Shown here one piece after another: positions 9,879 to 23,874 of a DNA stretch of 64,000 nucleotides. The notes under the pieces were generated by a model, which worked only from the letters and a program-made list of their open reading frames with translations, searched no databases and was not told the DNA's origin. The DNA is from a virus. Taxonomy: Duplodnaviria; Caudoviricetes. The number at the start of each line of letters is the position of its first letter. Position 1 is the first letter of the stretch. A program made the position numbers and the translations under genes. The stretch is from the IMG/VR virus record IMGVR_UViG_3300021387_001709, positions 125,812 through 189,811 of that record; one strand, given 5' to 3'.

Positions 9879-10258
9879 ATGCCCAAATAAACGAGGTAAA
9901 AAATGATAAAAAATAATTTATATGCCCTTTTTACCAAAAGCGCACACGCCACAAGTGCGCAATAACATAAATAGTGTGTGGTGGGTTTGTGAGCGTACCA
10001 AACGCCACACTTGTTATCACACGCAAGTTATCCCGGGGTAGGTATCCCTTGGAGTGTGTCGTGGTGGTTTCATGCAATATTAACCCGTCGGTCCGGTAAA
10101 CCGATGAAATTAGCCACAAACCGGAACTACCAAGTCCGGTTAATAGTGTTGGGCGGTCGCCTTGTGTAGGTATGCATACACGAGGATTCCCAGAACGTGG
10201 ATTAGCTACCCACGGGGTAAACGACCGTCTTTTTTCATGGAGAAAAGTGGCTTTGATT

Positions 10259-10304
10259 ATCCACGTAGTAGGACTCGCGCCGGGTTCAATCCCCGGGCGT
10301 GGAT
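10259..10304 (+). ncRNA. tRNA minihelix-like element (acceptor stem plus T arm only)
   Basis: ATCCACG/CGTGGAT stem with a CCGGG-TTCAATC-CCCGG T-arm; no D or anticodon arm. Confidence 0.4.
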
Positions 10305-11665
10305 TTTGTAACACGTCAACAAATTTTTACGGGAGGTAAGATTATGAATTTTAATGTCAAAGATATCTACGTTGTGGGGTACTCGTATATTCACGAGGAC
10401 GGCGAAATTGTAACCGGGGAACTTGTTGTTTTTGAGCGTGATAATGCGCTAAAGGTAGCAGAGGGCAAATGGGATAGACTCGAAGATTCCGATTATGCCC
10501 ATGTAATAGTTCGTCCCGGCAGACCAGATGCCAACGGGATTATTGTGGAATGTACCGAAGACGACCCGATCTTTAACCGAGAGACCGAGTATGAGGACAT
10601 ATCCCGGGATGATTTTTGGGATGATGACGCGGAGTATGAACTCGCGGACTAACTGTCCCTATCTGCCTATGTGCAGATACCAGACCGTGAACACGTTCAT
10701 GATTTGGTATGTGCGCATAGTCCGTAACCGCAAGGTTACCCTATGAATAATGCACAGAAAGAAGGTGAGATTATGCTCACCCTTCAACAGCTAAAGGACG
10801 GGACATTCCGGCTTACCCTGGACCTCACCGTCGGCAATAACCACATCCACAAGGTGTGGTACTTCGCCGAGGTCGAACCGGGGGATTTATCCGCTGCAGA
10901 ACCCGACCAACACGGTCAAGGATTCCGCTTTAGGATAGTCGTCGAGTAAGTCCGTCCAAACCGGGGAGTGTGGGAGCAATCTTGCACTCCCTCGCTGTTG
11001 ATAAACGTAACTAGGTAACCACCCTGTCCGCATACCGGTATCGCCGCTCATGGATTAGCTACGTGCAATCTGTGGGTGTGTTGGGGTTATGCGAGGGGAA
11101 CGGCAACCCGTTAACGACACGGATAAACCGTATCTTTTTTGATGCTCAGAAAGAGGTGGTTATCATGAGCATTTTTAGGCGAAAATATTTCGTGACTGAC
11201 ATCTCCGTAGGTCGATATGAAACCCGAAAATTATCTCGGGAAGAGGTTGAAAACCTTCGCAACCTGGGATACATTGTGGAGCCGATTCGCCACGAGTAAG
11301 GCTCGCATCCTCATAGAACAGGAGGCGTGTATGTATGAGGATAACGATGAACGAGTTTGAAACTCTCAAACTCGGAGAGTGCGAGAATGCACTTTATAAC
11401 CGCATTGCTCGGAAATTCCGGGCGATGCTCCCGGAGACAATGTGTAACAAGCTCTTGGAGAGGTTCTGGAGTTATACACTCCGGGAATTATCCTGCAACA
11501 GCATGGTCAATATCATGGATTGTTTCGTCATAATTTGACGAGGCAATCCTGTTTTACCTAGACCGTGTCCGCAAGGCGAACCTTCCGGATGCGGATGTGG
11601 GTAAAACCACGCAACAATAACCAAATTCCCCCGGAAGCTGACCGGGTGAACAACAGCTTAGAAAA

Positions 11666-12001
11666 ATGACGATCATCAACTTAACCCCTCACTCAATCAA
11701 TTTTGTGGACGCCTCCGGCGCTCCGCTTGTAACTGTTGAACCTTCTGGGCAGCTTGCCCGAGTAACTGCTCACACCGTCACCACCGGCAGTGTGTCTGTC
11801 GGTGACGTAACCATTCCCACAACTGGAACAACCTACGGCGAAGTCGAGGGGCTTCCGGCTCCGGAAGAAGGCACAATATATATTGTGTCGTCCCTCGTGG
11901 CTTCCAGATGTCCAGATCGGACGGACGTTTTTATCCCGAATGAATCCGTCCGGGATGAGAAGGGACGCATCATTGGATGTAAGTCCCTCGGACGAGTATA
12001 A
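11666..12001 (+). CDS. conserved phage protein (NLTPH N-terminus)
   Basis: MTIINLTPH...GLPAPEEGTIYIVS...RDEKGRIIGCKSL. Confidence 0.7.
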   Translation: MTIINLTPHSINFVDASGAPLVTVEPSGQLARVTAHTVTTGSVSVGDVTIPTTGTTYGEVEGLPAPEEGTIYIVSSLVASRCPDRTDVFIPNESVRDEKGRIIGCKSLGRV

Positions 12002-15000
12002 AAGGAGGACACTATGACAATTATATATAACGAGCAGACAGGTATCATGTACTACTACGATGAGGACGGCAACCTCGTCGATGTAGTAGACACTAACTAA
12101 AACACCGTCCACGGGTATCAGTGGGAGAAAGGAGCCAACCATGGCTAAAAATGCAACCGTAACTATCAACCTCACACCCGAGAAGATAACCAAAAATACG
12201 GTTAGATTCTCCGAACAGTTGGAGTCGGAATTCTCCGCTCCGGTCATTGGAACAATCTATGTCCCAAAGGTAACCCTGGGACAGTTAGGGTATAAGGAAG
12301 GAAACGTCCTTACCCTTACCCTTGGGATTGGAGGTGATGAGAAATGATTATCACACTATCCAAAGGGAAATCTAGCATTCGTGTTTCCATCAACACAGAT
12401 GCTAGTTACCGCATCTGGCTCAATAACCGATGGAGTGTAACATACCCAGACTTCGCGGAAAAGTATATCCAGCTCCGCGATGCCGGATTTGTGGAAACAC
12501 GTTCATAGTCAGACTATGGATACAAGGAAAATCATTATCTTGTATCCATAGATGTGGTTATGAACCGCAAATATATGGTTATGCCTTATCTTCAAAGGCA
12601 AACGGAGGGAACATTATGAAGAAATTTACAGATTACTGTCCGCTTAATGATGATATCGACTTTTGGATTGATGTTAAGATTATGCCTGATTACAAGAACT
12701 GGGAATCCTTGGAATACACCAAGGAACTCAAGTCCAAGATGTTCGAGGAAGTTTCCACAACGGAAACTGCTCCTCATGGAACTCGTAGACCCACAACTCG
12801 CGGAGATCGCCGGAAAGCTACCGCTAAGGCAAAGCAGCGCCGTGCGGAGATTGTAGTCATCCGCAAGGCAAAAGCACGCCGTACCTGGAGCGATGTTTGC
12901 CGTCACCCGTGGGAGTTCTACGGCAAGAATATTGACCGCTTGATGGGGGAGGTGGTAGTAAGATGAAGAAGGCAATTCTCGTCGGACTTCTGGCACTCAC
13001 CATCACCACACCCGTCAACGCTGCGGTCTATCCCCACATGGGGGAAGTAGTGGAAGTACTCCCCAAGGCAAATGGGGAATACGAAATTACCTTTGAGGAC
13101 GGAGCCGGTCGACCCTACTCATGGATTGACGATTCCGGGGATTGGTTGCCCGGAGATTTTGTTGCAACCATTATGGACGACAACGGAACTCCGCGCAACT
13201 GTTATGATGACCTTGTGGTCGATGCAAGGTACGTCGGATACTTAGAAATGTTTGAGTAAGGGAAAGGAGCTGATTGTATGAGTTTCACAAAAGAAGAGAA
13301 AATCTTCATGGAGATTATCAAAAGCAACCTTGCTAGTTTCAACGCTAACAAGCGCAAGGGAAAGTTAACCGTCGATTACGTAGTAGACGGCGGTAACCGG
13401 GCAGAAATCCGCAAGGACGGAGAGCTGCTGTTGGATGTAACGATTGACCAGGCATGGGCTGCTGTCGCAGCTATTATTAGATATAAGGAGGTTTAACATG
13501 AAAACATTATACTTCGAAGGCGCCGGATGTGAGAACACCAACGTAAACGATGTAGAAAATTGCCGTATCCGTACGGCATTCCGCACCGATGACGGAAGGG
13601 AATTCTATCTGGAGTTATTTTCCGGCTGCGAGAATTACCACTGGTATGACGCACCGCCGGGAGCTGTGAAGAAAGGAAACCACCATGATTATTACTATAC
13701 TTGCTCGGACATGATTATTGTAGATTTCTGCTTTGAGATTCACAATGGAAACGGAGATTGCAATACATACATTCACCCTATTGAACGTAAGAGAACCGGT
13801 TTGTCCTATACCAAGGCAAACATTCTCAAGCTAGTAAACGAGAACCTTGGGTGTAGCTTTACAGATATGATTGTGTTGCCTTGGTTAGCCGGTTACCGTG
13901 TACATTCCGGCAATCCCAAACGGAAATATAACTTGATGGACGACTATACTGACGTCCCGGAACGTACCGCAGAGCGAAACCGCATCTATCATGAGGTCGC
14001 TCGTGATTACTTTAACCGGATTTATCAGTCCCACATCAAGGCAAATCCAAGGGTTGCTCGTTTACTTAGTAAATACGAGACCTGGAGTCTTGTAAAGTAC
14101 ACCGATAAAACGATCACAATCCGTTCTCATACGTACAAGGAACTGATTGATGATGCGGAGCGTGTTCATACATTCCGCGTTAATTATTAAGAAGGGAGAT
14201 GAGCATATGCCTCCACAGATAGTAACAAAAAGGGACGCATACAACGCAGGTGGATACCGCGAACGCTATGCAATGGATAACGGAGACCGGGAAATCCGCG
14301 TGGTAAATGGTCACCGCTTGTGGATATATACCTACTCAAATGGAAATCCGTACCAGGATGCAAATGGTGCGACGTTCGATTGCAAGGAAAGGAAGTGGAT
14401 TGGATAATGGCACTATTCGGCTTGGGATTAATCATTGGATGGCTCGTCGGAGCGGTCATGATTGGTTTAGAATTGCAAAGAAGCGAAATCAGTTTACGGA
14501 AGGGAGGTCGCTATCATGGCTAACAAATTATTAAACTACTGCCTTCAGAAGCCGTACTTCCGGCTGATGCAGACATATAACGATATTTATTGGGCGGTAA
14601 AGAAAACCGCCATCAGCTTCCTCTACGACACATTCTGCGATGAGGAAGTTCTTAATCCGGAAGTTCTCCGGGAAGTAACCGAAAGCATCCTTGCTATCAA
14701 TGGAAAAGAGGTGGTAACCACATGACAAAAAGAGAGGCAGTTCGCAAATTCCAGGAAGACTTCGCATATCTTTATATGAGTGAAGTTGATTATTGGAAGG
14801 CAGAAGAATGGTGGTCATATTTTGTGGATGACCTCAACCGAAACGGTATCATTACCAATCGTCAAAGGGAAAATTGGGCAGCCCCATTTCCATATGGTAA
14901 ACATTTGAAACTTACTCGATGGATGGTTAAGCAAGGTTACCCGACACTTGCTAGATTAAAAGAACTGGAATATTGCGAAGAATATAACTAATTATTAAAG

Positions 15001-15023
15001 CGAAAGGATAAGGTAAAATAATC

Positions 15024-15896
15024 ATGATGGATTTAAGAAAAGTAGCATATGACTCTATTATTAACAACGCACATAAAACGAAAACAGGCAGAATGAACGC
15101 CGTCATTCCGGTATCTATGTTGGATGTAGATCCGCTATACCAGCGCGTTGAAGGTAGAAACGAAGCGAAACTCCGCAAGCTAAAAGATGAATGGGATTAT
15201 AACCTTATGGATGCAATTCTGGTTGTGCCTCATCCGGAAACCCATAACTTCTTTGTTGTCGATGGTCTTGGTAGATTAACCGTTGCAAAGGAAAAGGGAA
15301 TCGAGGAACTTGATTGTGTTATCCTTTTTGGTCCGGCTGATTATCTTGCTCGGCGTAAATTCGAAGCTCAGTACTTTTTGCGTCAGGCCATCTGCACCGA
15401 TCCGCTCCGTCCGGCAGCCATGCACAATGCGAGAGTACTCAACGGAGATCCGATTGCATTAGCTATCGAAGCTATCTGCGAGGAGTATGGAGTCGCCATC
15501 ATGAACACCAAAGGAAATCGAACCACTAAGAAGCTCGGTTCTTACGATAGGACATTCAACGTTATAAAGCGAAACGGCGAGGATGCTCTCCGCTTTGCTT
15601 TTGATGTTATCAAATATGCTGGGTTTGACGAGGAGAAGAATGGATACTCCGGTCGTCTGGTAACAATCCTCGGAAAGTTCCATGATGGATATAAGAACGT
15701 CAAAGCGAAAGACCTCGGCGAGTTCCTTCGTCCGATGAGTCCGATAGTCTTCCAAGCGAACGCGGTTGCGAAATATCCGCAGAGAGCGCATACTCCGGAG
15801 ATTCCCATGATTCTTTATCTTCAGGATTGGGCAATCGAACACGGAGAAAAGGAAGTGGTGTTTGGCTCTAACGGAAAGAAGATGAAGGTTGCCTAA
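15024..15896 (+). CDS. ParB/Srx-like domain protein
   Basis: VDPLYQR...FFVVDGLGR. Confidence 0.65.
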   Translation: MMDLRKVAYDSIINNAHKTKTGRMNAVIPVSMLDVDPLYQRVEGRNEAKLRKLKDEWDYNLMDAILVVPHPETHNFFVVDGLGRLTVAKEKGIEELDCVILFGPADYLARRKFEAQYFLRQAICTDPLRPAAMHNARVLNGDPIALAIEAICEEYGVAIMNTKGNRTTKKLGSYDRTFNVIKRNGEDALRFAFDVIKYAGFDEEKNGYSGRLVTILGKFHDGYKNVKAKDLGEFLRPMSPIVFQANAVAKYPQRAHTPEIPMILYLQDWAIEHGEKEVVFGSNGKKMKVA

Positions 15897-16406
15897 CCCT
15901 TGTGCTTAGATAAAGCCGGTGAGAATTATCCTCGCCGGCTTCAATGTAACCATAAGGGAGAATGATTAATCAAGGAGATGATACAATGAAGCTAAAAAAC
16001 TTGTTACCCGAGATTGAGCGTAGATATGCGCTCTATGTCAAGGATAAAGAATTCCGCTATTTCCTTGCGGAAGGCAAATCCAATCATTGGTACAGAAAGG
16101 ACTTTGCCACCTGGGCGGCGAACGTTCTTAAGAACGCATTGTTCAAGCCCGACGAAATTTGTGAGTGGTACAAACAATACGACTGTAATGACACTCACAT
16201 CACCACTGTGTTCAAACATTTTATTAAAGAAAGGGGAATCATCTAATGAAAGAAAAATCAATCAAGGTTAGTAAATGCAACGATCCTCGTAAGTGCTTCG
16301 CCAAGGTATTCGGCGGATGTATGGTACTGGACACCACATATCCCGAGGGAAAGCAGTGTCCATTCTGCAAACCCACAAGAAATATCACCAAAGGGAAAAA
16401 ATATGA

Positions 16407-16445
16407 TTGACAAACGTCAATCTCTGGATATAATTAATTATTAAA
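16407..16445 (+). promoter_or_regulatory. sigma-A promoter with overlapping operator motif
   Basis: TTGACA-16-TATAAT, then TTAATTATTAAA at 16434. Confidence 0.7.
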
Positions 16446-18938
16446 GGAGAAGCACTATGAAGGAAATCATTATTGAGATTCCGGAGATCGATTACGTATT
16501 AATCCACTGGCCGGAGAACACATGCACACCATGGGTCGCCGCCTGGGCATACCGTCCCAACCGCAATAGCTGGGGACAAGGTCACTACTTTATGAACAAG
16601 GCAGATGCACTCGAGTATCTTGTAGATATTTACAAAGAGCGTTATCCGGTATATATGGAACGCCGGATAAGAGAAATCCTGGCAGCGTAAGGAGGAATGT
16701 TATGAAATTGCGTAAACGCTATACAATCGAGTACATTGACAATAAACATGATATGGAACTCGCCGAAACAACACAGAACCCTTGGGAATACTTCAAGACA
16801 AAAGTATTTGAAGAGCCAAAAGCAAAAGAGGTATATACGGGCGAAAAGTCGCTTGATGCAGAAGCCTGGAAAACCTATCTCCTTTGGGCGATTTGCCCGG
16901 ATCAGATATATTTGAGTAACGCAAACAATGTGACTCATCCATTGTTTTGCCAAATGTGGATGGAACTGCTAGATGAGGACGACAAGGTTGTATATGAGGA
17001 TTACTGTGAACTCCCAGGGACAATCCGGAATACGCTTTTTACCGCTGTTAACAATCAAGCAAATAAGGAGCGTGACTCAGCAAGAGAAACAGTTAATGCT
17101 CTTGAAAAGGAACTCGCACTGTACAAATCATTTATTAAAAAGTGCAACGGCGAGAAGTTGTTTGATGAATTTAGAAGGGAGGCTGAATAATGAAAGTCTA
17201 TTATGAAGAGACATATGGCGGCTATTATGATGTAGACGCCGACAATCCCGAAGCCGCCGAAAAAGAATTGCTTTACTTAATCGGCGAAGGTAAAGAGAAT
17301 GGTCCGGATCAGTGTGAGAATAGCATAGTCGTTCCGCTCATTGGCAACGGAAAGCCGGACTTCCAGATAATGGGTGGTCGAATTGATGCCATGGGAGAGG
17401 ACGAAAAGAAGTTCTACTTGTGGCATCTACTCCGCTACTACTATAAACCGCGACTTATTGCGGGCAAAAAGAAGTATGTGGATAATCACGATACGGTTGA
17501 TATGATTGATTCGGTACTCAATGCGGTAGACGCGATCGATGCTGTTCTATGTTATGAGATTTATTAAAGGAGGTAGTCATGAAAAATAGAAAACTCTATG
17601 ATGCGATTACCGACTTCGCCACGGAGTACGGTTCGCTCAAATGGAACGATGATGAGAACGTCGCAGCGTTCCGAAATCTGGTTGACCTCAGTATTAAAGC
17701 CGGGAAAATTCCGGAGTGCAACAGAAATGAACCGTCCACTTGGAATAGACTTCAGGCGGCGGTTACTTACTATGATAACAGATTGAGATTTTGCAGTGAT
17801 TAAGGAGGTAGTCACAATGACAAGAGAAGACATCAGATCTAACGTTGAGGGGATGGTCGAAAAGGCTATCGAAAATATATTTCTCAACATGCAGTATAAC
17901 TTGAATGTTGCCGACGGGTTTATTGACCCGTGGGATTCATATAAGTTAGATGTAAAGGAATCGGAAATCACAGAGCTGATTACCGATATATTACTCAATC
18001 AGCCCAGAGAGGAGGAATGATTATGAATAATCCTTACTGGCGAGTAGTTCTTGACTACGGAAACCGCCGGGAATATGTCCCGGTTCACTCCTCGGAGTTC
18101 GCCGCAAACCTTATTGCTAACAACTACCGATTACTTGCCAAGGCAAATCATTTTAATGTAATCGCAATCACGGTCGAGCGTGTTATGGTTGTTAATAACA
18201 TCATCAGGAAGGTAGGGTGATAGCATGTTGAGGTATTTAGTAACCTACAAAATGGAGGGAGAACTTAGAGATCCGCAGATTTATACTAGCAATCGGATAT
18301 TTGATACCATGGATATGGATGATTGCTATGATATAGAAATTGACCGTATCTACTTAATCTCCGCGGCTAATGCACCAATTGAGTGTGAATTCAAGGGAAC
18401 TTGGTGTTGCAAAGATGAGGACGGCAGATGGGACTCACTCCGTATGGAGATTGTGGATAAAACAACCGGTGAAATATATTCAGTCGGTCGCGGAACCGAT
18501 CATTAAGGAGGTAGATACTATGACAATCGGCTACAAAGGGAGAATTACTATGGAAGTAACGCTCGTACATCGTTGTGCAACTCATAAAACATTCTACGTC
18601 AAGGCAGACACACTTAGTTCTGCATTGGTAGACATTGCAAACAAGCTGGATGAGGAAGATGACACAGGTTATTTCTTCGAAGCAGCAACAGCGGACATGG
18701 ATTACATCCGCACTCATAAGAACTTCCATATTATTCCATACTATGGAAGAGATATGGTGTGTGAAGTGGCTGACTATGGGGAAACAAACACTATGGAACG
18801 GCTCAATCAGTTTCTTAAAGACCATGACCCATACGAGTACATGGATAATGATATGAGCTTGGATAAGGTAAAAGAAATGGATTGCGACACAATTATAAAC
18901 TACTTACTTGATGTAATCGAAGAAATGGAGGATTAATT

Positions 18939-19547
18939 ATGATTAACAAAGTTATTAACGTAAACGAGAACCACCCGATGCACGACAAGCTCATGAATAT
19001 GATGAACAACACGACCGATGAGAATCTCATCATTGTAGCGCGCAGCTACAAGAACCGCAAAAATGATGCTATTGAGCCGATCGAAGTAAAGAACGGAATT
19101 TACTTCTATGTTGCATATAATCTCGATGGTGCGCTTGCATATCCGGCGGAAATCACTCCTCACCAGATTGCAATAGCGAAATCCAACACCGCATATAAAG
19201 CAAGACTTGGCACAATGCCGACCACACGGCTGACAGACGGTTTTGGTAGGTTTATGAAACATGTAGACGAGTTCACTGCCTGGGATGAGCCGATGATATT
19301 GCTTACCACCGACGAACTCGCGAATGGCGCAGGGATACTCCTGAATAAGTATGTGTTGTCTGCTATCAAAGAGAAACTCGGAGACTACTACATTCTTCCG
19401 AGTAGCATCCATGAGTTACTCATTGTTCCGGCTCACATAATGAGCATCCTTGATGCAACCGAAATGGTTGTGAACGCAAATGAAACGGTAGTAACCGATG
19501 ATGTATACCTCGCCGGCAGAGCATTCCATGTTGACGAGTGGTTATAA
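18939..19547 (+). CDS. DUF5688-like protein
   Basis: NGAGILL...LGDYYILPSSIHELLIVP...MV..AN. Confidence 0.65.
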   Translation: MINKVINVNENHPMHDKLMNMMNNTTDENLIIVARSYKNRKNDAIEPIEVKNGIYFYVAYNLDGALAYPAEITPHQIAIAKSNTAYKARLGTMPTTRLTDGFGRFMKHVDEFTAWDEPMILLTTDELANGAGILLNKYVLSAIKEKLGDYYILPSSIHELLIVPAHIMSILDATEMVVNANETVVTDDVYLAGRAFHVDEWL

Positions 19548-20037
19548 GGAGATAGAGATTATGTGGGAACATTACCGCTATATGGGTAACGATTATAAAA
19601 TCGTCTGGAAACAAAACGGAGAGGAGTTCGATCTCGACGCTCCGGAAAACGAGCGAATCTGGGAATCAATCGCATCCTACATGGATGACGATATAAGGGA
19701 AAGCGTACACGCTGAGCTTGCTCCGTGTACAAATACGGAGTTCCTTAACTCGTATCTGGAAAAAGACCCCGATTTTGAGGAGAATATTCTCCATGGAGAA
19801 TTCGGGATTACATGTGACTACGAATAAAAGTCGGATTTGAAGGGAGATGACCACAATGGAATTTATTTATTCCACCGACATTGAACTCGCGGATATTCAG
19901 CAGACGGTTAGTTTATTAACAGAGAAACTTAATCACTACAAGGCAAATTATCCATACGCAATTTATGAAATTGATCGTATGGAAGTTGCACTTGATGTGT
20001 TGAATGACCTTGAAAACGATGTAGCGGAGGCTGAATA

Positions 20038-20277
20038 ATGAAAAGCTGGTTTGTGTATGTTATTAACAACGAGAAAATTGGCACCTGGGCAAACAATTCT
20101 GATGAAGCAGAGCGGAATCTGCGAAAGGAATATGGTGATGTTCCAATGGAGTATGTCGGTGTTAATTACGCCGGTATTGGTCCGCGACCGGACAAGGTTA
20201 TTCGGTGTGGTATGAGTCCTATAGATACCATGCTCGCTTATGGGCTTGGTAATATGTTGGCTAGTCTTAGATATTGA
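20038..20277 (+). CDS. hypothetical protein (paralog of 24540..24785)
   Basis: MKSWFVY.IN..KIGTWANN..EAERNLR.EYGDVPME shared. Confidence 0.8.
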   Translation: MKSWFVYVINNEKIGTWANNSDEAERNLRKEYGDVPMEYVGVNYAGIGPRPDKVIRCGMSPIDTMLAYGLGNMLASLRY

Positions 20278-21386
20278 AGGGAGGTTGCAATGGAAAAATA
20301 CTACATGATTCATAGTTCACTATTCGAGCATATTGGTAACAATACATTCAAATGTATTGCATCCACCAGAAAGAACATGCTCGGCACAATGATAATAAAA
20401 CCCGATTTGCATCAGCCCTGGGTTCATTCGGTCACATCCAAAGATGAAGCAATCCACTGGATGAAAGAGGATGCGTATTGGGATAACGTTGAAGTATATA
20501 CACTTGAAGGGAGATGATACAATGATAAATATCAAAGCTAATAAATGGTCGTTAATTAACTACTTCGACGTCTGGGGAAACGCAGACGACGGTTACTTTG
20601 TAAACAACCAGTGCGTTGAGGTAGACGACCTCAATATCACTGAGGACGCAAACGAAAAGGATATTCTCCAATATCTTGAGTCGATTGGATTCCTCGGTAC
20701 TTCCGACCGCCGGAGAGTTCGGCTTGAGGATTCTGGTAACATGATTGAGATCTACGCGGTCAAGGGGCATTATCCCCTTGGTTGCTTGATGATGAACTAT
20801 TAAAAAGGAGATAACGCTATGAGGAGAGCAACAAATATCATGTGGGATTATGATGAGGATGAGTTTGGTGGAACGGCATTATTTTTAGGCTTGCCCGATC
20901 ACGTTGACATTCCAAGCGAAATTGACGACGAAGATATTGCTGACTATTTATCGGATACTTATGACTTTTGCGTATTTGTATTTGATATTGAGGAGGTGGC
21001 ATCATGAGAATTATGAACTGCTCTATTCCGAATTGTGTACCGGAATATAATCGTTCTCGCTTCGAAGATGAAGCCCACGAAGCGGAAAAGGAATGGGAAC
21101 GGCTGACATGGTACGAGAAAAACAAAGCGTACCGCCGGCAGAAGTACATCGACGGTTGCAATGAACTTCAGTTCTATCCAACGGAATGTGAGAAATGTCC
21201 ATACGGAGAGGAAGCGATGCCGGACTCCGAGATGGACGATATTCCCACCATGATTTGTAGCAACTGGAAAAACTGCCAGGTGTACCGAAATGATGCAGAC
21301 GAACATTTTCCGACAGTACCATGGGAAGAATATTGTAGCTGGAGAGAAGAGTATGTAGAAAAGCTTAAGAAGGGAGAAGCGGAATA

Positions 21387-21689
21387 GTGAAAGAAAGAGA
21401 ATATGTCATATACATGGCACCAATGAGTGTGAGTTACACATTCAGAGATTTTGATTTCGCCATGGCTCATGATTGGAAGATGGCTGATTACGTTCCGGTT
21501 TGGCGCGGAACAATATCAAGCGAAACGGTAAACGGAGCGCTTGAAAGACTGTTTGTTATATTCAATACAGACGAACGTCCGTCACAGTATTGTGGAAGAT
21601 CACTTAGCATGTCAGATGTGGTAGTGCTTGATGGAATTCCGTACTACTGTGACAACATTGGATGGAGCGAATGTCCGAGAGATTATTAA
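21387..21689 (+). CDS. YodL-like domain protein
   Basis: LERLFVIFNTDERP..Y.GRSLSMSDVVVL...YYCDNIG. Confidence 0.75.
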   Translation: MKEREYVIYMAPMSVSYTFRDFDFAMAHDWKMADYVPVWRGTISSETVNGALERLFVIFNTDERPSQYCGRSLSMSDVVVLDGIPYYCDNIGWSECPRDY

Positions 21690-23874
21690 ACGAAAGGAGA
21701 CTACCACATGAGAGTAACAACTTACCGAAATAACAGAAATCCACACAAATTCCTCGATGTCAAGCATACCGCCGACCGTCACTACATGTGGCGGCAGCGA
21801 ATGGTGTTTGATAACGGAGTAACCAATCATGTCGGTACTCCCAAAGGTGGATTTCGCCGGCAGAGTAAGGCAACTATTGATGAAGTGTTGATGGATTATG
21901 AGGAGGTAATAGCATGAATATGAGTTATTGCAGATACGAGAATACACTCCATGATCTTAGAGATTGCATCAATGATGCACTTGCCCATGTAAATGAAGAA
22001 GCGAAATACCCAGTGAGCAAGTCGGAAATTGGTTGCTTCCGTCGGATGGTAAAAGAATTTTACCAGATGATGGATTTCTGTGACATGATTAACGATGACG
22101 GCACACTCAATGAAGAGGAACTCGATAATTGCTGCTCTATGATGGAACACGGATATGATGTGGATGACGATGATGAAGGGTGGTGGTAATTATGGAAACG
22201 ATTGAAAAGGAAGTATATGTCTTATATGGCTATATTTTCGACCCGAGTCATTACACTGTATTCGGTGTATATGAGAACTTGCAAGACGCAAAAGAGAAAT
22301 ATGCGGAGTTAAAAAAGTATGAAAAATATGGCGCAAATATAAAAGACAAAGTTATTAAAGCAGTGATGAATGCAGAGGAGAAATGATTATGGATTTTGAA
22401 AAGGAAATCGAAGATAGCATCAAGGAAGCTATTAAAAACAATAGCTACATCGAAGCCGAAGACGGCGATGGAGTTCTTTTCCCAACGGTTGAGAACGTCC
22501 GGACATTTAAAGAAGCGAGTATTCTGACGACTGACAAGGGAGTTGTAATTGATTTGAATGACGGCTCCACCGTGTATCTTACAATCCAGGCATATAAATA
22601 AGGAGGATTAGCTATGAAAATGACGCCGGAGTTTAGAGAGTTCCTTGAGGAATTTGAATTGACACATTATTTTGACCTTGGTTACGAACGGGACTTGCTC
22701 GTAGCATATGAATTATCCAAGAGAGTTCCATCAATCAAAACATTCGAGGACTTCGATGCTTACGCAGAGGTTCTCGAATCAAAGAAACTTGACCATGACA
22801 TAGACTACTATATGTACAACAAGGCACTTGAAAAAGTGTTAGGTCATCCGGTGTTTAATGACGAGGATGAAGATGAAGACTTTTGGGATAAGATTATTGA
22901 CGAAGAAGGGAGATAATACTATGTTGACGATTGACAATTTACTCGACTACACAAACCTTGAAGGCCCAGTAAGAGTAACTCGCTGGACGGATGATGGTTG
23001 CGAAGTTCTCTTTGAGGATGACGCATGGGAACTCAGCCGTGTCGATGCTGATTGGATGAACACGGAAATTCGAGTTATATTCCCTGGTACCGACGGAAAA
23101 CTTGTTATTGAGGTAGCATAAGAAGGGGGGTGATTACATGACATTTAGAGATAGCGAAATAAACCAGATAGAAATCGACATGAATACTTTATGGATTTAT
23201 GATGAAGAACAGCAAAGGGTAGTGGTTGATTTTTATCCAGGATATTCAATACGGAGACGAGTACTGGATTTTCTCGGCTTGGATTTGGATAACATCTTCA
23301 CCGACATGTGGCTTGATGCCACGGCGATGATCGATCCGGTTCGCCGGATTGTAACGGGATTGTACTTCGAGGTTCCGCTTGACGAGTATAACGGGATGCC
23401 GCCAACGGAGTTGTCACTGTCGATTACTAACTATCCCGAGGGTAAGTTGTTCTTCGACCGCCTTATGGAAACAAGCAACGGCGGTCTTGAAGAATTTATT
23501 AAAGAGTATGATGACGCTGCTCCAAAACTTAAGCATCATACGCTTGACCCAATACTCTATAAAACAAATATCCTCGGCGAATTTGGAACCGGGAAAGCTT
23601 ACGAAAGGAAATGATTATATGATTACAGCAAAAGGAATTAAAAAAGCGGTTCGCGCTAATGAAAGATACATCGACATTCCGAGCCGCTCCCATATGGATA
23701 ACATGGTTTATTTTGTCGCTGACTTATTAAAGGAATCCGGTGACGTGGAAACAGCGGCTAAGGTGAGGGAATTCTATGGAAAACTGGAAGACATGGATAC
23801 AGCCAAACTTGTGAAAGAAAGAATCTGGATTGGGTAACAATGAAAACCGAGTTTAATCAAAAGGAGAAATCATT

